A stretch of 64,000 bases of DNA from Zygnema circumcarinatum SAG 698-1b (taxonomy: Eukaryota; Plantae; Zygnematophyceae): contig CM074804.1 of assembly GCA_037447605.1 (NCBI GenBank), positions 1,798,001 through 1,862,000 on the forward strand, read 5' to 3'. This document shows positions 19,512-29,656 of this stretch, piece after piece (position 1 is the stretch's first letter; each line of letters opens with the position of its first letter). The notes under the pieces are model-generated. The model was not told the origin of the DNA. It saw only the letters and a program-made list of their open reading frames with translations, and did not search any database. The translations under genes and the position numbers were made by a program.

Positions 19512-22009
19512 GAGCGTACGCGCTCTCCCTTCCCCCTTCTTCCCCTCTCTCCTCTCCCCATGCTCACCTTTCCTTCCCTCTTATCCCCCTTCCTCCCAGG
19601 CCCTCTGTCTCACTTTTCCCTGTGTCTCTCTCTCTCCTCCCTCTCACCCTGACAGCCGCCTTCGGGAGAGCAGCCAGCGGACTTGCAACTCGAAAGTCGA
19701 GTGCAGCCAAAAGGCCGAGCCGTGTCGGATCTCTCAAATCGTCCGCATTCGTTCCGTTAAACAGCACAACATCTGCACCGCCACAACCTAATTTAACTCC
19801 AAATCGCTAAAATCCTAGAACCTGAATTACTACCCTCCCCCAACACCGGGAGGTTCGAGAGTTTTTGGGTTCAATTAGGGTTTGAGGATTTAATTAGGGT
19901 TCAAGGCACCTGACCCTCCTCCTGTGCGGTCGAGAGCAGCTCTCGCAACAGAGCGCAGAGCAGAGTAGAGGGCAGTCTTGCAGTGGAAGCAGCTGCTCCC
20001 TTCATTTGCCACATACTCTCCCACATCTCCCTCCCTCGTGTCCACCTGCACGAAAGTACTCAAGTATAATCTATTTTTGTCTTGCTCGATTCAAGTCAAC
20101 TACTTAATTCAGTCATTTAAATCTATTTTATTCAGTTAGTTCCTTTCATTTGGATTTCTTTCCTTTTGGTTTTGGCAAATCTTTAACAGAGGATTTAGGG
20201 AGAGCATTGTTTATAAGGTTCGCGAAAGAGCCTGTTAAATGCATGAAGGAGACGTTAAACCTAGAAGGAAGTACGGGTCCAGAAGTCTGGTATGCTGAAG
20301 AGTGCTGAGAGATTTGATGGTAGCAGAGAGAGAAGAGAGAGGGGGAGAGAGGGGGGGATATAGAGAGGGAGAGGAGAAGGGAGTGGAAGACGGATAGGGA
20401 GAGTTAGGGCTACCTCCAACAGAGTAAGGCCTATAGATGATGCGACGTGGCGGGCTGTTTGGAGCTGCACAGCTGGCAGTGCCGCGCTTCGCCCAATGCA
20501 TGCGTAGGTGGTGCCGTGGGGTAACGCCTCCTTCACCTGAGGGAGGGGTGAGGGAGGGGGGGGGGGGACGAGGGCCGCGGGGTGGGAGGCGGAGAGATAG
20601 TTGGGGAGTGAGAGCCGATGGGGGAGGGAACGAGGGGGAAGAGAGAGCCAGTGGGGGAGGAGAGAGAGGGGAAAGAGAGAGGGGACAAGAGGAAATGGGA
20701 AGGCAGATGAACAGGGAGATAGGGAGACAGAGGGGAAGAGGAAGGAACGAGGGGGGGGAAGAGAGAGGGGGAAGAGAGACAGGGGGAGACAAAAAAAAAA
20801 GTCACGCCTTTTCTAATCGTTGTTTAGCGGAAACCAATGACTTGAGACAGGCGAGGGGATTGGTTCTACAGAAGTTCCTGCTGTAGGGTATAAAAAAAAG
20901 ACGTTTTCAACAAACTTGGTTCTCAAACGTGAAGAGTTTTGAGAATACCGAAACTTTCGAACCAGCAAAAAATTAGTTTTAGTAAGCGGAGCGCACCAAG
21001 TAGGCCGCTAATGAGGAATCGACTCCGCCGGAAAATGCGACGATGTTGATTCCGTGTTGTATGCCCAGATTTCGAGTTTCCTGCCAGATATAGTCGCACA
21101 CAGACGGAGGGAAGAGGGAGAGAGAGAGAGAGGCGAGAGAGAGAGCAAGACGAGAAGAGGGCCGCCATGTGAGGATATAGGGAGATGATAGAGAGAGTGT
21201 AGATGGGAGAACGAACGAGGGGGAGAGAGAAATTGAAAATGAGCAGGCGAGAGGGAAAGTAGGCCGGGAGAAGGAGAGGAATTTAAAGCGAGAGGGGTCC
21301 AATTAAACAAGAATTTATTCAATTGCAGTGTCATCTGACCCTTCAAATTTTCTATATTTCAAATTAATAATATAGTGCTGACCTTGAGCAGCCTTTCCAG
21401 CAGATGTGAACACTCTTCCTCCGTCACGGGTATCCCTTCGACCGCTCTCTCGCTAACCCTAAAATTCCTCTCCCATTCTCCGTACAATGAGTTCTCACTC
21501 TTATGGTCTCTAAAGCCTTCCAAAGTATTCTCAAATCTGTCCTTTTCTCTCTTTCTTTCTCTCTTTTCATCATCGCATTCATCCGCATTCTTATTATCTA
21601 AAGATAATTCACCAGAGGACTTCAAAGCCGCCATAGACAAAGTTTCTCTCTCTCCTCTCCATCTCCCGCCCTCTCTCTCTGTCCTCTCCCGCTTCTTCCC
21701 TCTCCTTCTCCTCCCTCCTCTCGCTCCTTCTTGCAAGTTGTTGCAGCGAAATTCCGAAGATAGAGTTAGAAATGAGGAGGATCTAGAAGGAAAATATGGA
21801 TAGGGAGAGGTACAGCGGGACGGAACTGAGCGAGATGAGGGAGAGAGGAAAGATGAAGGCGAAAAGATGGACGAGGGAAAAGCGAGAGAAGCAGGGAAAG
21901 AGGCTGCAGAGAAGGACAGCCACGGCTTGGAAGGAAATATCTCAGGAAAGGAAGGTGAGAAGGTCGACCATGGCGGAGGAGGAGGGGGGCGGAGAAGAGC
22001 TCCCGCCAT
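18574..22009 (-). CDS. LarE-like ATP-dependent PP-loop sulfur insertase (CxxC...C, predicted [4Fe-4S] type) with long N-terminal organelle-targeting-like extension; 7 exons, about 493 aa
   Basis: Exons 22009-21383, 21080-20997, 20536-20414, 20045-19910, 19772-19648, 19195-19067 and 18831-18574 are all GT-AG and in frame. Motifs: IVAFSGGVDSSL (PP-loop), YVANEGSSCFHCK, LFNGTNADDLRDPTRLGLLAA, SPL..LPKAAVRAVARHVALPNWELAAAPCLRSR, QVEAAEE, LRVR, AVVEV, FASGSL. These match the LarE family pattern in order. Confidence 0.85.
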
Positions 22010-22084
22010 GGCTGCCGCTACACGGGAGGGCGAGCCTCCGGTCAACGTAGGGGAAGAAAACGAAGGGAAAGGGAAGCCAATCAC

Positions 22085-22340
22085 GGAACGTCACGTGTGC
22101 ACATATTCCACGTGGATGGCTGTGAGTGGTTCACGCTGGACAGCGCGCTCAATGGCTTCCCTCCTTTCAGGGCCGCCTCCAGAACTATCCTCCAATCCTC
22201 TATCCAATTTTTCGACCACGTGGCACTACCACGTAAGCACATTTGCTGACGTGGGAATTCGCCATTGGACGATGCTCCGCTGGCAAAAAAGTTAGCCAAT
22301 CACAGGATGCCACGTCAAATCAGTTGCAAACGTGACACGA
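22085..22340. promoter_or_regulatory. Bidirectional promoter region with clustered ACGT-core/G-box and CCAAT motifs
   Basis: Divergent ATGs at 22009 and 22397 are 388 bp apart. About 8 ACGT cores (cacgtg x3, gacgtg, ccacgtc, aacgtg and others) and several CCAAT/ATTGG motifs. Confidence 0.55.
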
Positions 22341-22396
22341 CATGGGGCTTTCGCTTGATCGGTCGGCCCTGGACGAGAGCAGGAGGGCCGGAGGCC

Positions 22397-25058
22397 ATGG
22401 TGGCCGCCGGGGGCTGTCCTCCCCCGCGCATCTGCTTCTCTGGGGCGGGGCCGGCGCGCCACGCGTCAACGCAGGAGCAGGCCTGGAGAGTTAGGGTTTC
22501 TGTGGGAGAGAGGCGTCTCCCGGCAAGCGTGCAGCTGCGCCAGAACTCGGAGCAGTCGAGAACTGCAGAATTAGGGCTAGGGTTGGAGCGGAGTAGGAAG
22601 GTGAGGGAAGGGAAGGGGATGGCAGTGATGATGATGATGCCTTGCGTAATGTGATATAAATGGAAGAGAATTTTCTTGATTTGGGTGTATAGGCTTTGAG
22701 AACGGGTTGAGGGAGGTGAGGTATCTTGTGATCAGTGGTAAGTTTAGGGTTACACTTAACCTAGGATCAAGGTTAGGGTTAGGATTAGGAGTTACATGGA
22801 GTGAACTTTAGGGTGAGTGTGGGGGTAAGGGACTACATTTTGGGGTTAGCATTAGGGTCAATTTCAGTACTCAATTCCCTTTTAAAAACCGCCCTTTGGA
22901 CATTTTCTTTTGCATAGACATACTTCAAAAAGTTTTCGCTTTTGCAAGTTGAACGATAAATTCCATCTTTTGAGTCTTTTTTTTAGGCGAAAATTGCTTG
23001 TTTAGTGCTGAAAATGTAGAACGCTTACTTTACAAGGTAAGGAAAATTATCGTTTATTTTGAATTATTCATTGTCAAAAACCAAAATTGGTCATTCTGGC
23101 GATGCTTTGCTCTGCATGCACATGCATTATGCAATAACGTTCCGCAATGCTGCCGATATTTCTCTCCCTGTTCTCCCTTTTGCTTTTAATAAATCGCAAA
23201 AAACTTGGTGTGTAAATTTTTTTTGCTTTCATGTGTGGCATCAAAAGTTTCACCTACAATTCTTAACCCTCTTGCTTGCAGGCTGTCTATGACGACGTGC
23301 ATGTCTGCACTGTACGGCAACGAGAATTTTCCGTGCTTGAGTCTGCACAACTTCTTGATGGACTCAATCGCGTGGCGACACCTGGCGCTCGGACCGATTC
23401 TATTGCTGACGGGGCAGCTGTGCTGGCGCATGCTGACTCAGCATCATTTTCAAAACTGGCATCTCCCATGGAGAGGGGGCTGAGGGAGGAGCAGGAAGGG
23501 GGATTGTGGGAGAGCGAGAGGGAGAGGGAGAAGGAGAGGAAGGGGGAGAGGAAGGAGGGAAGGCTGTCAGATGCACAGAGTGTGGAAGTGGAACTGAAGG
23601 ATTTTATATCAAAATATGGGCAAGCAGGAGTAATGCCGAGAATGATAGATATGAGAAAGCATGGAAGAGTAGATTTGGAAAAGGCTATAGCAAGGATGGG
23701 AGGTTTCGAGCAAGTTGCTGAGAGGATGAAGCTGCAAATGAGCTACCGGAGAAAGCCAAAACATTATTGGGAGAATGTTTCGAATGTGAGACAAGCGGTA
23801 AGAGGGCGAGGCAGACGGGAGTGGGGCCCTTTGTATTGAATGTAAACAAAAGGATGTGCAAATGTGAAATATGTTTGATGGGCCACAAAAGTCGCAGCTT
23901 TTCGGTTGCAGGTTTTGACGTTTCAGGAGGATTTGGGACTGGATCCGGAGTTCATGCCATCTCGAAGGTCTCTGCAGGAAGCCGGTGAGTAATTTTAGGG
24001 CTCGCAGTGTTAGGACTGAAGGCAGAGAGAGATGGAGAAGGGGAGAGGGAAGAGGAGGGTGGGGACGAGGATGTGGGCGAGTGAGAGTCGGCGAGAGAAG
24101 GGAGTAGGGAGAGCAGGGGGAAGAGACTGAGGGTTGGGAGGGAAATATTAGGAGAGCTCAGGGGAGGAGAGGGGGCAGAGAGGGAGATGGAAACGGAGAG
24201 AGAGAGGAAGGAGAGGCGAAAGGGAAGCTGTGGGAGAGGGAGAGTCTGTCCTAGAGGGGACTATGGAGAGGAAGGGAGGACGATGATGAGAGAGGCGTGG
24301 GAGAGACACAAAGAGGAAGTGGGATGGTGGGACTTAGTAGAGAGTGAAGTAGAAATGTAGAGGAGAGGTCCAATAGAAGATGTGAGAGAGACGGAGAACA
24401 GAAGCAAACAGCGAAGGGAGGACACGCTAAAAGCTTGTTCCTCTCTTCTTCCCTCTCAAGCTTGAAAGCTGAGAGGTAGGAGGGAGAGGTGCTCGGTGAG
24501 GATGACGTAGTAGGGAGAGAGAAGTTAGAATGAAAGCTAGAATTCAACAATTTAAAAAAAAAAAAAAAATAGGCGAACCTAAGGGAACTAAGGTATTAAA
24601 GGAAATGTTAAAATCCTAGTGATTCTAATCCTAATGCGTTGTTTTTTCCATTTCCAGGTCGTTATGACTTGGCGCGGGCCCTCGAAAAGTGGGGAGGGCT
24701 CAGGGAAGTGGCGCGTCTGCTAGGGTTGAAGGTGCGACGAACGTCACGCTCAGAAGTGGCGAAGGCAGCCATGGATTCCGCACAAGCCATGGAAGCGATG
24801 GGGGAGAGAGAGATCCTCTCCTTATCTCTCGAAGCTTCTTCACAAGTAGTCTTCTCTAAGAGCAGAAGAACTTCCGACAAGAAAGGTTTAGGTCAAAGTG
24901 GAAGCAGAAGTCCTGAACCCCAGGGAGGCCCCCTCCTAGACGAGGGTTCAAAGCCCATGAAGGCCCCTCTGCCTCCCAGTTCGCGGAAATGGATGAGCGT
25001 GCGGCGGAGTCAGATTAAGAGGAAGGAGAGCAGGGAGGAGGAGGCTGATGTCAGTTAG
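22397..25058 (+). CDS. Uncharacterised protein made of the conserved C-terminal domain of plant At5g08720-like (polyketide cyclase/START-like) proteins, without the cyclase domains; 4 exons
   Basis: Exons 22397-22600, 23282-23797, 23912-23984 and 24658-25058 are in frame. They give ELKDFISKYGQAGVMP..RKHGRVDLEKAIARMGGF..SYRRKPKHYWEN..GLDPEFMPSRRSLQEAGRYDLARALEKWGGLREVARLL. Family assignment is recalled from memory, not searched. Confidence 0.75.
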
Positions 25059-25529
25059 CTCTCTATTTATTTATTTTAATTTCTTTCTCTCAATTTGATA
25101 AATGCCTTCGTTTGTTCTCCTTCTGAAGGGCTTGTGGAGGGGGGGCGCTCCAGTTTGTTGGGAAAAACTAGATTCTTCTGGTCGTGATTATGCATGGGCT
25201 CGATTATTTAGATTTATTATTTAGATTTTGTGCATGCATGATAGACGGTCATTGGTCACACATGGTGCCCTGGGGGCTTTGGCTAGCCCTGTCCCTAATT
25301 GTAAAAAAGATCGGAGGGATTCAGACTGGGAAGCAGTTTCGAAATCAGTACACTTCATTCCGCTGGTGTATAGATAACGCGGGAAACAGAGTACTCCTTT
25401 TGAAGTTTACTTTTTTGAAATTATTTCACTTCTGCCATCTGTGCTGTACCGGTGGACATCGTCAAATTCAAAGTTTAAAACCGTACAATTTCGTACCTAG
25501 ACCTGATCCTTTCGAGTGCCAGCGTGACA

Positions 25530-25870
25530 GTCACGTGCATATGATGTCCAATCACTGCTCTCCACGCTAGACAGAGTTCCACGTGGCTATTTCGAATTGG
25601 CTCTCAACTGTAACCGACTATCCGGCCATCCTGCAACCCGTACGGCTGCCCCTGCCTGTCCGTAGAGTGATACTTTGAACCTTCCCCGGAGATTCTTCAG
25701 CGACGAATCTTGACTCCGCTCTGCCAAGCGGACGGAGGGGGTGCCACGTGGCAAGTTGTAGCACACGTGGCACACCATGGTGGCCCAGGAGAATGCGGCC
25801 ACGTGGCGGGGAGTCCAAGTCCTGCTCGCCGTCTCCCTCGTGGCGGCAGTCGGCGGCGCCACGTGGCATT
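25530..25870 (+). promoter_or_regulatory. G-box/ABRE-like cluster around the MOSC gene start
   Basis: CACGTG occurs six times (about 25532, 25580, 25745, 25764, 25800, 25860), five of them as CACGTGGC. Two copies lie inside the first exon. Confidence 0.5.
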
Positions 25871-28800
25871 ACTGGATGGGCCAGCGCAAGCGGCCGCGGG
25901 GGGAGCGGGCGGCGACCGTGAAGGCGCTGTTCGTGTTTCCCGTGAAGTCGTGCGGGGGCCTCGCGCCAAGCAGCGCGCGGGTCACGGCCACGGGTGGGCG
26001 TACGGACTGGGGGGTAGGGTTCAGGGTTCGGGGCCAGGATTGGGGGCGAGGGCTAGGGTCGAAAGTTAGGGGGCGGGGGTGATGGTTTAGGGTTCAGGGC
26101 CAGGGCTGGGGGCTAGGGTCAGGGTTTAGGGTCGAAGGTTAGGGGGGCTGGGGTGAGGGTTCAGGGTTAGGGTTTAGGGTTAGGGTCGAAAGTTAGGGGG
26201 GCGGGGGTGAGGGTTCAAAGTTAAGGTCTAGGATTAGAATGCAGGGTTAGGGTTTAGGGATAGGGGCTAGAGGTAGTGTTTTAGTTAGGGTTTGAGTTGG
26301 GGGTTAGGGTTATGTTTAGAGGCTAGGGTAAGCGTTAGGATTAGGGGCTATGGTTAGGGGCTAGGGGCTAGGGCTAGGGTTTAAGGCTAGGACTAGGGTA
26401 AGGGTCGAGGTTCGGATGGCGATGACGGTAGGATTTTGGTAAACAGGAGGAGGGGCTTGAATGGAAGGGATGGCATGAGGCGTGTGCAGGGTTTGGATGG
26501 CCAGTGAGATGGCGCAGGGTTGGTTGAGGGTTGGGTTACGGCTAGGTTTAGGATTTGGGCTACGATTAGGGCTTCGGCTACGTTACGGTGTAGGTTGGAA
26601 TTAGGCTTGTGACGTGGCCCTTGTCATGATATGACATACTGCTCATATTTCAGGCATGAATTTCCCTCCGTTTTTTCCATTATCGTTTTCTTACGACCTC
26701 CTTTTTCTTTCTCTCCCACTTTTGCACTCCCTCCCTCCAACCCTCCCCCCCCTCCTTCCTTTCCTCTCCCCCTCCCTCTCTTCCCCCCTCCTCCCCCCTC
26801 CCCCCCTCCCCCCTTCCTTCCTCCCGCTCCTCCCTCTCCCCCTCCCCCCTCCTCCCCCCCTTTCTTCCTTTCCTCCCTTCCTCCCTCCCCCTCCTCCCCC
26901 CCCCCCTCCCCCCCCCAGGCCTCCAGTGGGACCGGCAGTGGATAGTCGCGGACGAGCGCGGTCGCTTCCTCACGCAGCGCCAACACCCGCGGCTCGCTCT
27001 CATCTCCACGGACCTCCCTCCCGCCGCCTTCTGCTCCCTCCCCGGGAGCCTCCCTCCCGATGCAGCTCTCGGTCAGCTCTCTATGCCTTATGTATTGCCA
27101 GCTCAAATTCATCATGTAGGCAGTGAATTCTCATCAATGCAGTAAGTCTGTAGTATCACTTGATTACATTTGTCGTTCTTTAATGGAATAACCTTGCAGT
27201 TCTAGCAACTGCCTTACGCTTCTGAGTAACAGCAGGGTTCATTTGTTGCTGAGCTTTAGATCATTACCATTTGAAGGTCACGCTGAAGGCCCTTCATGCG
27301 AAAGAAGTTCTCTCAAACCCTAAAGTCCTCCCTCCCTCCCTCCCTCCCTCCCTCCCTCCCTCCCNNNNNNNNNNCCCTCCCTCCCTCCCTCCCTCCCTCC
27401 CTCCCTCCCTCCCTCCCATTGTAGTGCTGAGGGGCCCCGGAATGGAAGTGCCTCTTGTGGTCCCCCTGAGGGTGAGAGAGGGAGCGGAGAGAGTGGATGC
27501 GTCGGTGTGGGAGTGGGAGGGACGCGCGATCGACGAGGGCTCTGAGGCTGCCACGTGGCTCTCAGCCTATCTTGGGCGTCCGGCCCGGCTGCTTCGCTTT
27601 GACAAAGGTGGGAGAGGTGGCAGCCATGGCTGCTTCAATTTTTTTGTATTTGTTTAATTTTTCAAGATCAAATGTGCTTTTCAAGTCCCAAAAGCGAAGC
27701 CTTTCAAGACAGAGAAACGCTGAGATATCAAGACGACCTAACGAATTGCTATAATGGCAATAGTAGGCCCAATGAAAACCCCAAAACTTACAGCGTCCGA
27801 AAGTCATGAGTAGTAACTCAAGGTCCAAAAGATAGTTGAAGGATGGCCTTAAAGCCTTTTTCAAATAATTGCAAAAGGGAAGCGGGGGACGAGCCTTATA
27901 TTGTGTAAAACAACTTTCTTCCTTTTTCAGACAAGGAAATCCGTAAAACGAGTGAAAAATATGCGTCGGGCTACACCACCACTTTCACTGACGGCTTTCC
28001 CTTTCTCGTCAGTTCCCAGGTAATGAAAAATGGCTTATCAGGGTTTCAAGAAATGTGGGGCGTTTCTTGGGAATGGTTAATCTTGAGGATTCCATACTTC
28101 AAGAATCTTATGTAGCATTATATTGTATTAAGATATGGAGGCGAATTTGTATTGTGCACTTTTGCAGGCATCTTTAGACTATTTGAATGAGCGAGTGGGA
28201 GAGGGGAAGCTTTCCATCAACCGATTCCGACCAACGTAGAAGCCTCATAAAAGCCCCGGCCCGTAAAACTGGAATTTGAACGCTAAGTAGTGAACCCTAC
28301 TTTCTGAACCTTAATCTCAAATCTGACCTCCTAAACTCCAAATCCAAACCTTAACCCCAATTCTTGGACCCTAAATTTGACATACAAAATCCGAACTCCT
28401 TGTTTCGGACTCTGAACCCTCAAATTTGAACCTGTTTTGAGCTGCCACGTGTGCAGCATCTTTGTGGAGGGCTGTGAGGCCTTTGAAGAGGACACGTGGC
28501 GCTCATTTCTTGTGGGCTCTAACTCCACACGTGTGTTCCATGGGGTCAAGCCGTGCGGCCGTTGCAGGGTACTTCTTCTCACACCTCTCTCCTCTCACTG
28601 TCTCAGTCTCTCTCTCTCTCTATCTCTCTCTTCCTTCTTTTCTTCTCCTCCCTTCTACTCTCCTTTCTATACTCTCCTCACTTTTTTCTTCTCTTCCTCT
28701 TTCTCCCTCTCTTTCCCCTTCCCGCTTCTCTCTCTCCCCTTTCTCCTCCCCTCTTCGCTCAGTTCATAGACTTTCTTCTCTCCCATCCCTTCTCCCTCCC

Positions 28801-29656
28801 TTTTTCTCCCGCTCACTCCCTCGTCGCCCTCCCTTCACTCTCTCTTTTCTCTCCCTCTTTCGTTACTTCTTTCCTCCTTGCCTACTCCCTCGCCGCTCTG
28901 AACCCTAATGTATGAACCCGGAACCCTAAAATGGTTGTGCAGGTCACTGCCACCAACCAGGAAACTGCTGAAGTCGAATCCGAACCGCTGAAAGTGAGTA
29001 CCTAAAAATTAAGAAAATCGAAAGTGTGGCTTAGATTGGAGGTATTTTGAGGTTCAAAAAAAATTGTCTTGTTTGGGGGGATCCTATGGGGTTTGAAGCC
29101 TGCCATTCACCTATGCATTTCTTATGGTTCAGAATCACATGGTTTTGCCTTTGTACGATGAAGGTGCATCTGCGCAGGGATGCCGTAGGGGAGAAGCTAT
29201 GTCTGTTTTTTTGCAAAAAGGGGGAAAGAGAGAGAGAGTGTGAGGGGCGGGGGGGGGAGAGAGAGAGAGAGAGAGAGAGAGACACGTAAAATGCTGGCTA
29301 TGTTTTTTGCGTGTTTGGGCACATTGTACAGACATTGGGCACATTTCGGTCCGGCGAGGATCTCTCCCTCCCAAAGGAACTCCAAAAGCAGGTGAGCCCT
29401 CAAAAGACTGTACTCTATGCCTTTATTGGCTTGAGACTTTCAATTCCCCATCTCTTAATGCGACCAATTCGCCTCTCGTATTCTCCCAACTAAAATATTT
29501 GTGGTGGAATATTTTTTGCAGGTCATATTTGGGATGAATGCGGTGTGTGAAATTCAAAGCAGCTTCTTCTGGAACCCTAAAAATGTTATTTCTGTTGGTG
29601 ACGCCATTGAAGTCATTGACAAGGCGGCGTCCTTGGCAGACCTTACGCCAAAATAG
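25777..29656 (+). CDS. MOSC-domain molybdoenzyme (mARC-like) with N-terminal hydrophobic anchor; 9 exons
   Basis: Exons approx. 25777-25993, 26919-27071, 27425-27607, 27931-28019, 28168-28235, 28457-28568, 28943-28993, 29332-29391, 29522-29656. Motifs VKALFVFPVKSCGG, GLQWDRQW, FLTQRQHPRLALI, FTDGFPFLVSSQASL, INRFRP, GCEAFEEDTW, KPCGRC (Moco-ligand Cys) and FGMN. Confidence 0.92.
26010..26410 (+). repeat. Degenerate telomere-like (T1-3AGGG/CTAGGG/TCAGGG) array in MOSC intron 1
   Basis: Dozens of ttaggg/tttaggg/ctaggg/tcaggg units, e.g. tcagggttagggtttagggttagggtc. Confidence 0.85.
27329..27417. repeat. (CCCT)n tract containing a 10-N assembly gap (27365-27374)
   Basis: Directly visible in the sequence. 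Confidence 0.97.

Noticed and set aside
20805-20885. Possible extra exon in the LarE-like gene (NFCRTNPLACLKSL...)
   Set aside because: The flanking exons join in frame and match the family without it, and its phase and donor are poor.
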